From assembly GCA_965197525.1 (NCBI GenBank), contig OZ240211.1, positions 800,001-864,000 on the forward strand: a DNA stretch of 64,000 bases. The letters run 5' to 3'. A program made the position numbers and the translations under genes. The DNA is from Nitrosopumilus sp. (GTDB lineage: Archaea; Thermoproteota; Nitrososphaeria; Nitrososphaerales; Nitrosopumilaceae). The number at the start of each line of letters is the position of its first letter. The stretch's first letter is position 1. Below, piece after piece: positions 1 to 13,216 of this stretch. Below the pieces are notes generated by a model, which had not been told where the DNA came from, ran no database searches, and was given only the letters and a program-made list of their open reading frames with translations.

Positions 1-1272
1 GAGGGTTAACCCCTATAAACTTGACTTTGACATATCGACTATTCGGATTACCAATGGTGTGCCGGGTTCCGTCATCGCCGGCTCAAAAGTGCCGGACTGC
101 GCTTCATCTATGTCATCTCTACTACCCCTAAACCTAGGGGGCAGCTTGCGTGATATGTTCATGGCAGCGATAATATCCCTGTCCATAAACAAACCGCAAT
201 TATTACACGACATTTTACGATGTTGTTGCATGTCCTCTTGGAGTCTCTTTCCGCATTTCGGACACTGCGTGCTCGTGTTTCTTGGGTCTACTGTCTCGAC
301 TGGAGGCAACCCGACCCATTGGGCTTTGTATTCTATTTGGCGTTGTAACTCGTAGAATTGCCACCCGTTCAATCTACGTCTGTACTTGTTACCTTGACTG
401 TTTCCTTTTCGGTACAATTTTCTTATTCCTTTCAGGTTTTCCATGACGATTGCAGTCTTGTTTTTGACTGCGTTGTATACCATATCCTTTGAGATTCTGT
501 GGATGTACTGCTTTGTTCTATTGCTCATTCGTCTCTGTCTTTGTTTCCAGAATTGACCTTTCTTCCTGCGATCATTTCTGTGGAATCCTGCCCTGGCGTG
601 TATTGTGTTCTCCTTTATGGATAACAGTTTATTTGTCTTGTAGACTGTCACCTCTTCCTCGTTCCCACACGTCACATTTCTTAGGTTTCTGTCTATTCCC
701 ATTTTCTTGGTGCACTCTATCTCTTGTACTGTTTTTGAAACACAAAGACTGATGTTCAGAGCAGTCAATGAAAACGAGCGCACCGTCAAGGCGGGATCAG
801 ATAGGATTTTTTGGGTGTGAACGTTGAGTAAAATGTTGATTGGGTTATGTTTCTTGTATGGGATTGTGAGTAGTGCACCGCTGTGTCGTATACCGTAACA
901 GTTTGTCATAAAGGGATTTTTGACTATTGGGTCTCTTATTCTGACACCTCGTTTGATTGACTGTTTTCTGTTTGATAACATGCCTGCAGCTCGTGATATT
1001 GCATTTAGTTTGTATGAAGACAGGATGTCATAATTACGTAATTCATGATAACATAACATGGACAACCTCTTCATATTGTGAGTGTCTTCTTTCAATCCTG
1101 TCTTGATGCAATGATTGACCATCTTTGTGAATATAGCCATCATATCCATTAGATCAGAGTTCGGCGTATATTTCTGTGATATTGACTTTATCGCTTTCAA
1201 CGAATATCTTACGGTTTAGAGGTTTATACAATTTAGGGATTAACAGATAACCCTCGATAACTTCACAGAACC
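1..1272 (-). mobile_element. TIR-bounded tnpB element, copy A (one end cut by the window edge)
   Basis: TIR taaccctcgataacttcacagaacc at 1248-1272 is identical to that of copy B. The window starts inside the other TIR (gagggtta). Near-identical to 17000-18287 in inverted orientation. Confidence 0.9.
13..1200 (-). CDS. tnpB: RNA-guided endonuclease TnpB (IS200/IS605 OrfB family)
   Basis: RuvC motifs GIDRN, IVMENL and DRDIIAAMNI; Zn finger CPKCG...CNNCG; TTG start. Confidence 0.93.
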   Translation of the reverse strand: MKAIKSISQKYTPNSDLMDMMAIFTKMVNHCIKTGLKEDTHNMKRLSMLCYHELRNYDILSSYKLNAISRAAGMLSNRKQSIKRGVRIRDPIVKNPFMTNCYGIRHSGALLTIPYKKHNPINILLNVHTQKILSDPALTVRSFSLTALNISLCVSKTVQEIECTKKMGIDRNLRNVTCGNEEEVTVYKTNKLLSIKENTIHARAGFHRNDRRKKGQFWKQRQRRMSNRTKQYIHRISKDMVYNAVKNKTAIVMENLKGIRKLYRKGNSQGNKYRRRLNGWQFYELQRQIEYKAQWVGLPPVETVDPRNTSTQCPKCGKRLQEDMQQHRKMSCNNCGLFMDRDIIAAMNISRKLPPRFRGSRDDIDEAQSGTFEPAMTEPGTPLVIRIVDMSKSSL

Positions 1273-1316
1273 CAAGCACGTAAATGATATATAACATATA
1301 TTGAATAGTTTTATAG

Positions 1317-2897
1317 TTGTCAGGCAAACGTGTCGTACTAACTGCTGATCGTAGTTTAATGACAAATTATCGTGGAAACTTCTTATACGGATTTATTGCA
1401 TGTGGTCCCTATGAAGTATTACCAGAGTGGGTCTTTGACAAAGTATTTTGCCCTTCAGTTGAGACTGACCCAACAACAGGACAAGTCAAAGTTGCCCAAG
1501 TTGGACTGCGAAGAATAGAAAGTTCGTTACTACAGGGAGGATACAAGAGAGAAGATGTATTTATGGCACATCCTGAAATGTTAGCAAAATCAATAGGGCC
1601 TGATACCAAAGTTGTTGGGGTCAATGTAATGGATCCGTTAGGAATGGCGCCGGTTACAACAACAATGTCTCCTGAAAAGTTATCGTATGTTGCAATGAAG
1701 TTCAAAAAGATGTGTGCCAGTATAATTCAGCTCAAGAAAAAATATGATTTTAAAGTTGTAGTAGGCGGTAACGGTGCATGGGAGCTTGCAAAATCAGATA
1801 GAATGAAGATACACGGAATAGATACCGTAGTTGTAGGCGAGGCAGACGAATTAGCAGTAGATCTATTTCAAGATTTAGAAAAGAATGACGCCCCAGAGAT
1901 GATGCATTGTTTTGTAAGAAACCTTGAGAATATTCCGGTTATAGAAGGTCCTACAATTAACTCACTGATAGAGGCAATGCGTGGCTGTGGAAGGGGATGT
2001 GATTTTTGTGATGTTAACAAGAGATCAAAGAAAGATCTGCCTCTAGATAGATTACAGTACGAGGCAAAAACAAATTTGGATTATGGGTTTGACTCGATTT
2101 GGTTACACTCTGATGAGATGTTGCTTTATGGATGTGACAACAGAGACTTTATTCCAAACAGGGATGCCATAGTTGATTTGTGGAAAGGGTTGAAAGGATT
2201 GGGTGCAAACTTTGTTGGAACAACACATATGACATTCTCAGCAGTGGCAGCAGATCCTACACTCATGAAGCAAATTTCACATATCAACGAGCAAGACAAG
2301 ACAGGAAGATGGCTTGCTACCAACTTGGGAATTGAGACAGTAGCTCCTGCAATGGTAAAGAAACACCTAGGCGTCAAGACAAAACCATTTGCACCTGAAG
2401 AGTGGGGAAGCGTTGTAAGAGAAGGTGCAAAGATTTTAAATGAGAACCATTGGTTCCCTGCAGCCACAATAATTATTGGTTGGCCTGACGAGACACCGGA
2501 TGATATCCAACATACGATTGATATGATAAGTGACTTCAAAGAGATGGACTTTAGGGGGCTGGTGGCGCCATTGCTGTACCAAGACTTTAGTGAAAAGAAC
2601 TCTATGCATTTTGGGAATTTAAATGAGGCGCAATTTACATTGTTTTGGAAGTGCTGGGAGAATAACTTGCGTGTAATTAATGACATTATTCCGATTATTC
2701 TCAGAAACAAGACGTATGGGCCACCGATGAAGGTATTCATGTACGGAATTCTCAAAGCAGGCACATGGGCAATAATGAGATATCTTCGCGGACTGTGCAA
2801 AGACTTGTTTAACGGCAGAACACCTGATGAGATTATTGATAAATATGCAAGAAGTAGATCGGTGACTGCACCTAAAATTCAAACAAAGAAATTATAG
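1317..2897 (+). CDS. B12-binding-domain radical SAM protein
   Basis: CxxxCxxC motif (GCGRGCDFC) after an N-terminal cobalamin-binding-like region. Confidence 0.8.
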   Translation: MSGKRVVLTADRSLMTNYRGNFLYGFIACGPYEVLPEWVFDKVFCPSVETDPTTGQVKVAQVGLRRIESSLLQGGYKREDVFMAHPEMLAKSIGPDTKVVGVNVMDPLGMAPVTTTMSPEKLSYVAMKFKKMCASIIQLKKKYDFKVVVGGNGAWELAKSDRMKIHGIDTVVVGEADELAVDLFQDLEKNDAPEMMHCFVRNLENIPVIEGPTINSLIEAMRGCGRGCDFCDVNKRSKKDLPLDRLQYEAKTNLDYGFDSIWLHSDEMLLYGCDNRDFIPNRDAIVDLWKGLKGLGANFVGTTHMTFSAVAADPTLMKQISHINEQDKTGRWLATNLGIETVAPAMVKKHLGVKTKPFAPEEWGSVVREGAKILNENHWFPAATIIIGWPDETPDDIQHTIDMISDFKEMDFRGLVAPLLYQDFSEKNSMHFGNLNEAQFTLFWKCWENNLRVINDIIPIILRNKTYGPPMKVFMYGILKAGTWAIMRYLRGLCKDLFNGRTPDEIIDKYARSRSVTAPKIQTKKL

Positions 2898-2984
2898 AGA
2901 TATCATCAACAGCAGTAGCAACAACAACAAAATGATAATAAAAAAGATACATGTAGCAGAATTGTTACTTGAATAAAAAAGAGA

Positions 2985-3314
2985 TTAGAGTTTTTCAATA
3001 GCAAAGTCGGCAATGGTATTTCTTTTTGGTGTGATAGAAATAAAATACACCTTGTCTGCGCGCTCTATTGCACTTACTTTTTTAAATGATGTATCAGAGA
3101 CGTCAAACTCATAGATGCCTTGATCCAATGACCCTGAGGCATAAAGCATTAGATACGTATCACCAGTTGCGGCGCCTAGTGGAATGAAAGACATTACATA
3201 GCCTTTGTAAGAGTTTATAGGCATGGTATTCTTCATTGGCGGTGCAGCCGATGTCATATACATAAGAAGATCTTCTATGGTATTGAATTCTTCATACTCT
3301 ATATGCATAAACAC
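2985..3314 (-). CDS. hypothetical protein
   Basis: 109-aa ORF with protein-like composition filling the intergenic space. Confidence 0.65.
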   Translation of the reverse strand: MFMHIEYEEFNTIEDLLMYMTSAAPPMKNTMPINSYKGYVMSFIPLGAATGDTYLMLYASGSLDQGIYEFDVSDTSFKKVSAIERADKVYFISITPKRNTIADFAIEKL

Positions 3315-3350
3315 TGTAAAAAGAGTCAGTATAATAATCTTATATAATCA

Positions 3351-3738
3351 GGTTCTGTGAAGTTATAGAGACCTGAAACATGAATGAATGAATATCGTTA
3401 ATTATATCATAATTATGTTGAATCCAACAAACACGAACACGCAATGTCCAGGATGCGGAAAGATATTCCAAGAGGACATGCAATACAGATGTAAAATATC
3501 GTGTACTAATTGTGGATTGTTCATGAACAGCAACAACATTGCCATGAACACATCTCACAAGCTGTCCCCTAGGTTTAGGGATAGTAGAGGTGACATACAT
3601 GAAGCGCAGTCTGGCACTTTTGAGCTGGCAATGTCGGAACCTAGTACACCGGTAATCCGAATAGTCGATATGTCAAAGTCAAGTAATAGGAGAAACACAC
3701 CTTGGTAAATCAACGGGTACCTATAACTTCACAGAACC
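3351..3738 (+). mobile_element. 388-bp non-autonomous mini-element carrying the tnpB 3' end
   Basis: 18-bp TIR ggttctgtgaagttatag / ctataacttcacagaacc; 8-bp TSD tataatca at 3343-3350 and 3739-3746. Confidence 0.92.
3388..3708 (+). pseudogene. tnpB: tnpB 3' fragment (Zn finger, degenerate RuvC-III, putative omegaRNA region)
   Basis: NTNTQCPGCGK...CTNCGLFM...IAMNTSHKLSPRFRDSRGD aligns with the C-terminus of the full copies; RuvC-III DRD is replaced by NSN. Confidence 0.85.
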
Positions 3739-3902
3739 TATAATCAATGAGAATCGTCCTTTTATTCTATAAAGAGTGCCAAGGTAAACAAAAAGACAAG
3801 AATTACCATACCGAGAGGCACAAGTCATGATGTTTTTATAATCATGAAAGCAGACAATGCATGAATTGTGGTATTAGATGTAGAACGCTTATGCATGTGT
3901 GA

Positions 3903-4415
3903 TTACAGTGAAGAGAATATATCTTCAAGGGCTAAGGCAGGTGCGTCTAATAAGTGTGGGTGATAGTCATCTACGAGACGATCCACTGTACTTCTATCCA
4001 CGATACCGTAGGATATCTTTGTGTTTGTCAGACGTCTCCACACTACATTGTCTCTGACTAGGTGTGAAAGAGATACAGACACGGTAGAAGGTGATCTGTT
4101 AGAAAGTTTTGTTATTTGATCAAATGTCAAACCCTCTGGATTTTGCATAAGAGCAAGAATCAAACGTCTATGAGTATTACGTCTAAGATATCTGCATAGA
4201 GTAGATTCTACATCTGAAAGACCAAGGGGATAGTAATGGGTTCGACGCTGGAATCGTTCTACTGTTACAATGCCTAATTTTTCAATCATGCGTAGATGAT
4301 TACTCAAAGTGCCGTTGGCCATTCCTGTACGGCGCATGATCTCCCGATACTGTATTCCAGGATTGCCACGAATTACACATAGTATATTTTGGCGTTTATC
4401 TGACATACTAGTCAT
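3903..4415 (-). CDS. winged helix-turn-helix transcriptional regulator (two wHTH-like halves)
   Basis: NPGIQYREIMRRTGMANGTLSNHLRMIEKLG and a second HTH GLTFDQITKLSNRSPSTVSVSL. Confidence 0.8.
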   Translation of the reverse strand: MTSMSDKRQNILCVIRGNPGIQYREIMRRTGMANGTLSNHLRMIEKLGIVTVERFQRRTHYYPLGLSDVESTLCRYLRRNTHRRLILALMQNPEGLTFDQITKLSNRSPSTVSVSLSHLVRDNVVWRRLTNTKISYGIVDRSTVDRLVDDYHPHLLDAPALALEDIFSSL

Positions 4416-4797
4416 TTCTGAACACCCCCATAGACATGGTGCAAAACGCTACCAATAGCATTACGTGACTAATTTCAGACAATGACATTGAACCAAAAGT
4501 GTAAACAAATGGCCAAGTGATGTCCACTAGCATATGTACCTCTGCAAATACGAACATGAACAATCCCACACATGTAAATCCCATACGTTTGGTTCTAGTA
4601 CGAGAGTAAGCCACAGTGCCAAGCACGGCCAAAAACGCAGCTAAAATGATGCTTCCAACGTGTAACATAATATGTGCTGTATGAGTCCCATGAAAGAGAT
4701 GTGGAAGTATTATTGGCACAGCCAAAATTCCTAGCACTAGTATCATTACTATGCCAAGTAAGGCAGGTTTGTTAACTAAAATCTGAGAGTTGAGCAT
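4408..4797 (-). CDS. small multi-pass membrane protein with a His-rich loop
   Basis: About four hydrophobic helices; HLFHGTHTAHIMLH; overlaps the start of the wHTH gene. Confidence 0.7.
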   Translation of the reverse strand: MLNSQILVNKPALLGIVMILVLGILAVPIILPHLFHGTHTAHIMLHVGSIILAAFLAVLGTVAYSRTRTKRMGFTCVGLFMFVFAEVHMLVDITWPFVYTFGSMSLSEISHVMLLVAFCTMSMGVFRND

Positions 4798-4979
4798 ATA
4801 CAGAATTACTGCATCTGTTCTTATAATGTATGTGGTTCATTTATCGAACAGATGTAGCTGATAGATATCTCCAAGTTCAGTACATATAGTTATAGGATAC
4901 ATATTTGTCATTTGGGGGTGTGGTACATTCGTAGTATGTATCACAATGATTACTAATGTTACAGATAGTATTATTGTAA

Positions 4980-6566
4980 ATGAAGCAAAAAACATTACTG
5001 ATTGTAATGCTAGCAGTGACACTTGTAGCGGCAACTAACAGTGCATATGGAGATCACGCAGAGGTAGCAGTTAGCATCACTCCCGGTTCTCAGAGTGATT
5101 GCAAGACAAACCCATGCTATGTACCATCTGAAATTGTATTGAATGTTGGGGACGTTGTTACATGGTCAAACGATGGAGCAGTAAGTACTCAAGTTATGAG
5201 CGGCACCATAGGCGATGCTGACGAAGGAAGTGTGTTTGATTCAGGACTAATTCCGATTGGCAATATGTACTCGTTCAAGTTTGAGAATGCAGGAACATAT
5301 CATTTCTTCTCACCAATCCAACCATGGATGAAAGGAACTATTGTTGTCTCAGAATCACAAAGAAATGATTCAGATGATGAGCATGACGAACATGTGCATG
5401 GGCACTCGGTAATAGAATCAACAGTACAGGTCAGTATGGATATTGATGTTGACGTAGAGCCTGAAGGCGGAGTCAACGTGTACATAATGACTGAGAATTG
5501 GAGATGGGCACCTGAAAATGTTAACACTGAACATATTCCTGGTGAAGGACACGCGCATGTTTATGTAGATGGTGAAAAGATCAATCGTGTATATGGTTCA
5601 CACTACTACATTAAAGATGTAGAAGCCGGCGAGCATGTTATTCGGGTGTCGCTTAATACAAACGAACACAACGAGTTTACTGTTGATGGGACACTAGTAG
5701 AAGCAACACAGACCATAACTGTTGAGAAGAGTCATGGTGATATGAGTGAACGTGTTCCGGTAGAAGCTACAGCATCAATGGCAGTAGAAATCATGGTACA
5801 TCCTGATTTATTAGGAGGATACAACATGCAGGTTATCCCTACTGACTTTGTATTCTCAGGAGAGCATGTCAATGGTGAGCATGTCAATGGTGAAGGATAC
5901 GCGTATGTAAACATAGATGGAGAACATCACACGCGTATGTATGGGGAATGGCTCAAACTACCTAGTCTGGAACCTAGGATGCATACAATCACAGTAGGAT
6001 TGAATGCTAATGACCATAGTCCTTACCACCAAAACAACAAACCAGTATCGGTCTCAACTGCCATACATGCAGATGACGCAGACAAAATGATGATGGATCA
6101 TGACAAGATGATGGATCATCATGATGACACGAAGATGACAATGACTGACGATCCATCTGCTACAGGAATTCTATCTGATGGAACTGTGGTTATGATCAAG
6201 GTAGACGAGCTTGTGATAGGACAGCAATCAAGGATTGATGTCGTATTTGATGATGTAAAACACGTAAACTATGATCTCATGGTAACACAAAATGGGGTTG
6301 ACGTGTTAACAGACAAGAACTATCGTGCAATGACTGGATCAAGTATTCATACAACTAACACGCTAGAATCAGATGAACCGCTTGACATTACCATCATTGT
6401 ACAAGGTTACGGCATGTCAGAACCATATACTGGACCCATAGACGAACATGTGGTGTTTACTAACATTGTACCAGAATTTGGCATGATTGTAATTGCGGTA
6501 CTTGGCGTTGCCATGACGTGCACTGCAATCTTTGGAACAAGGACATCTGCAATGCTGAGATCTTGA
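4980..6566 (+). CDS. secreted PEFG-CTERM protein: degenerate cupredoxin domain plus two His-containing repeats and His/Met/Asp-rich linkers
   Basis: Signal peptide; plastocyanin-like domain (GDVVTWSN...FDSGLI...GTY..F....PWMKG); two GEGHAHVYVDG-type domains; C-terminal VPEFG followed by a TM helix. Confidence 0.8.
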   Translation: MKQKTLLIVMLAVTLVAATNSAYGDHAEVAVSITPGSQSDCKTNPCYVPSEIVLNVGDVVTWSNDGAVSTQVMSGTIGDADEGSVFDSGLIPIGNMYSFKFENAGTYHFFSPIQPWMKGTIVVSESQRNDSDDEHDEHVHGHSVIESTVQVSMDIDVDVEPEGGVNVYIMTENWRWAPENVNTEHIPGEGHAHVYVDGEKINRVYGSHYYIKDVEAGEHVIRVSLNTNEHNEFTVDGTLVEATQTITVEKSHGDMSERVPVEATASMAVEIMVHPDLLGGYNMQVIPTDFVFSGEHVNGEHVNGEGYAYVNIDGEHHTRMYGEWLKLPSLEPRMHTITVGLNANDHSPYHQNNKPVSVSTAIHADDADKMMMDHDKMMDHHDDTKMTMTDDPSATGILSDGTVVMIKVDELVIGQQSRIDVVFDDVKHVNYDLMVTQNGVDVLTDKNYRAMTGSSIHTTNTLESDEPLDITIIVQGYGMSEPYTGPIDEHVVFTNIVPEFGMIVIAVLGVAMTCTAIFGTRTSAMLRS

Positions 6567-6699
6567 TGATCATAAGCAGTTTCAAAACTCTATCTTTTTT
6601 TTATTATTATAATTATTTAATTTTAACCAATTACACAACTCTTCATCTAACATGAGACAGGGATAATGCAGAGAGATCAGATAAAACCTGAGATACAGA

Positions 6700-7887
6700 T
6701 TAGTGTTTTCTAGATTTAAAGTATTTGTGAACTTGGAATCCAATTAATGCAGGTGCTGCAATATACATGCCAAGGTTCAATGCAATTACAGAGATGCCCA
6801 GTCCAAGAACATCAAACTCTGAACCATCATCAGCTAGCGACATAATTGGGAGTGTTGATATCATAGGAGTGATAAATGCTTGGACTGCCTGTCTAAATAC
6901 CGGACTCTCTCGTTCCATATCAGCAATGGCAGGAGAGAATGCATAATAGAATTCATTAAATCCAGACATAAATGTAATTCCAGACGATGTACTCATCAGT
7001 GTATTGTCCCTTACCTCTCTGAGTAGTTGAACCTGTGGCGCTAATTCAGTACCATATGCTGCTGTTGCAATCAAACATCCGTTAGTAGGAGGTGGTGATG
7101 GAGGAGTAGTTGATACAACTTGACATATGCCATCAACTAGTTCAGTTCCAGGACCACATACGGGATCTGTGGATGGTTCAACAGGTGGTGTAGTAGGTGG
7201 TGGTGGTGGAGGTGGAGGTGGAGCAGAACCAGCGACTCGTACTGTTTCTGTAATTTCAGCATAATTGTTCTCAGAGTCGGTTACTCTGTATGTTACTGTG
7301 TATTCCCCTGCAGTATTAGTATCTACAGATGAAGTACCCGTGACAGAAGTTGAGGTGTCAGATTCATCAAAGATGTTTTGAATGGTACCAGCCGAGTACA
7401 CGTCGCCTAACTCAAGATTTGTCACAAAGTCACGAGTATTACCAGAGATATCAAACTCGGGAGGATCATTATCAAGAGTGGTTGAAGGGCCTGCGGCTCC
7501 ATTATAGTTGATTACAGCCGTACCAATGTTTGAGTTATAGTGAAATTCAATAGTATATTCCCCATTTACATTCCATAAATTACCGCCCACAATAAAACGG
7601 ACTTCAAATGAACCGTCAGAGTTAGGAACTGGTTGTCCGATATGTATACGCGGATTATTAGAGGAGCTAACTACAAATGTTAGTCCATACCCATCTGCAG
7701 CATCATAATTTTTTAGATTTCCGGTTATAGTTATTTCATCGCCAGCAGCATAGAGTGGTAGTGGATCAGATATTGATACTGATACTGGAAGAATATCATG
7801 ACTGTCTGCAAATGCAGAGCCATCCAAACCGTAAGAAAGAATAGAAATTGTTAATAACGTAAACACAAAGGATTTGGTTAGCCTCAT
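6700..7887 (-). CDS. CFI-box-CTERM surface protein with an Ig-like domain and Pro-rich linker
   Basis: GCLIATAAYGTELAPQVQLLREVRD motif; VDTNTAGEYTVTYRVTDS Ig-like repeat; poly-Pro; C-terminal TM. Confidence 0.85.
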   Translation of the reverse strand: MRLTKSFVFTLLTISILSYGLDGSAFADSHDILPVSVSISDPLPLYAAGDEITITGNLKNYDAADGYGLTFVVSSSNNPRIHIGQPVPNSDGSFEVRFIVGGNLWNVNGEYTIEFHYNSNIGTAVINYNGAAGPSTTLDNDPPEFDISGNTRDFVTNLELGDVYSAGTIQNIFDESDTSTSVTGTSSVDTNTAGEYTVTYRVTDSENNYAEITETVRVAGSAPPPPPPPPPTTPPVEPSTDPVCGPGTELVDGICQVVSTTPPSPPPTNGCLIATAAYGTELAPQVQLLREVRDNTLMSTSSGITFMSGFNEFYYAFSPAIADMERESPVFRQAVQAFITPMISTLPIMSLADDGSEFDVLGLGISVIALNLGMYIAAPALIGFQVHKYFKSRKH

Positions 7888-8226
7888 TTTACTTAATTGA
7901 AGAATTAACGGTATTTATGTTTTCATAAAACGAAAATTGACTGGATCATATAAAAGATTGAATTTTTTTGATCCCAACAGATTATAAAAAAATCAATGGG
8001 AATATGTACATGATCTCAGAAATGATGATAGCAAACTGCCAAGATACGTAAACTATGAAAAAATTCAAGAGTCAAAGAGCAATAAAGCAAAAAAGATCTA
8101 GTTGAGCTGTTACATTGAAATTCGTAAACAAGATCAGGATCATGGCGTCATCTTCATATGTCACTGTATTTTGCACATGCGTCACGTCCTTCACACACGG
8201 TATACATGACCATAATCAGATCGTCA

Positions 8227-11490
<3,264 letters not shown>

Positions 11491-11863
11491 AAGATCAGTA
11501 TATTATCGTAAATAATAATATTCAGTGCAAGGCAGATTATTGAAATAGATTCATAAACCCACATTAACGTTTTGTAATTCAGACATTACTTTATACATAT
11601 AAAAAAATCAGAGAAAAGATAATACTCTATCATTCAAAAAATATAGATGGATAGAAACAGAGATAATCAAAAGGAGAAAAATTGGTGGGCATTAGTTATA
11701 AAAACTAAAAACTAATTTCGAAAAAAATATGATATTGTTTTAGAGATATTAGAGTAACCACAACGACATACATCATCGTCATCATCAAACGATGTGTTGA
11801 AGAAAAACGACAATTACATAAATACCTAAATGATATAAGCTGTGCTATAAAACAAGAAATCAT

Positions 11864-13216
11864 ATGTTTGAGAAGAGAACCCAAGTTTTAAAGATCTCAT
11901 TTTTAGCAATATTTTCAGCGTTTGTAGTAGAGTTAATCTTTGGTCTAATCTCAAACAGTCTTGCGCTTGTTGCTGATAGTATTCATGCGTTGCTTGACAG
12001 CGTAGTCACCATTGTACTACTTTTAGCAGCAAGATGGGCAATCAAACCGCCTGACGCTGAACACACATACGGACATGGAAAGATGGAGTCACTAGGAGGA
12101 TTTATCGGTGGAGTCGCAATTTTGATACTAGCGGGTTTTTTCATTTACGAATCTATTCACAGATTACAAAGTCCACCTCCAAGCGTTTTACCAGGATTAA
12201 TTGCAATTGTTGGAGGGGCATATACGATTGGAATAGATATTTTAAGAATGGTCATACTGCATAGATCAATTAAAAAACTTGGAGGCTCGACACTTAAAGC
12301 AGATTTTTACCATGCAGTCACAGATCTTGGTTCCACTGCAATTGCAATAGGCGGAATAATACTAGCAACATACGGATGGTATTTTGGAGACTTTGTTGCG
12401 GCATTAATCTTGGGCATAGTTTTGGTAGTACTAAGTCTAAAGCTAATATACAGAACATCGCTGGATTTGACAGACGCCATAGCGCCTGAACTGGTAAAAA
12501 AAGCCAAAGAGATCACATTGTCAACGCAGGGAGTAGTTGATGCAGGGGCCATATTGATGAGAAGATCAGGAGACATAATTTTTATGGATATCACAATATC
12601 ATTAAGGGGCGATACAAGTTTTGATAAAGCACACAAGATTAGTGATGATGTTGCAAAAAATGTAAAGGATGAGATAAAAAATGCTACAATTACAGTTCAC
12701 TTTGAACCAAACTGGAAAGGAGTATCACCGAATATCCGAATATCAGAGATTGCAACGAGCGTCAAAGGTGTAAGAGAGGTTAACAACATAAGTACAAATA
12801 ATATCAAAGGAGAGACGTATTGCAGTCTTCATGTAATGGTAGACAAAGACATCAATCTGTTAGCAGCCCACACAATTTCAGAGATAGTCGAAGAAAAGAT
12901 TCAAGGGCAGATACCTAAAATCACACATGTTACAATACATTTAGAACCATTTGTCAGAATTCCTAAAAACTTCAATAAAGAAGACACATACACCAAAGAA
13001 AAAATAAATAAAATATTAAGAGAATATCCAGATATTAAAAAAGTTGGACGTATAGCATCGTTAAGATTTGAGAATATTCTCAAGATAGATGTTGACTGCT
13101 CGTTTGACAAAGAGTTATCAATTGAGAAAGTTCATGATCTGACAAGCGAGATTGAACAAGCCATAAGATCAGAGATTAAAAATGCCGTAATCACGATTCA
13201 TCCAGAACCTTACTAG
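11864..13216 (+). CDS. cation diffusion facilitator (CDF) transporter with three C-terminal dimerisation-type domains
   Basis: ADSIHALLD, HTYGHGKMESL and ADFYHAVTD motifs; repeated VHFEP / IHLEP / IHPEP ends. Confidence 0.9.
   Translation: MFEKRTQVLKISFLAIFSAFVVELIFGLISNSLALVADSIHALLDSVVTIVLLLAARWAIKPPDAEHTYGHGKMESLGGFIGGVAILILAGFFIYESIHRLQSPPPSVLPGLIAIVGGAYTIGIDILRMVILHRSIKKLGGSTLKADFYHAVTDLGSTAIAIGGIILATYGWYFGDFVAALILGIVLVVLSLKLIYRTSLDLTDAIAPELVKKAKEITLSTQGVVDAGAILMRRSGDIIFMDITISLRGDTSFDKAHKISDDVAKNVKDEIKNATITVHFEPNWKGVSPNIRISEIATSVKGVREVNNISTNNIKGETYCSLHVMVDKDINLLAAHTISEIVEEKIQGQIPKITHVTIHLEPFVRIPKNFNKEDTYTKEKINKILREYPDIKKVGRIASLRFENILKIDVDCSFDKELSIEKVHDLTSEIEQAIRSEIKNAVITIHPEPY

Noticed and set aside
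13-1200. Canonical IS605/IS1341 element or a Cas12 gene
   Set aside because: No tnpA, no CRISPR array or cas genes nearby, and the ends are TIRs. Size and motifs fit TnpB.
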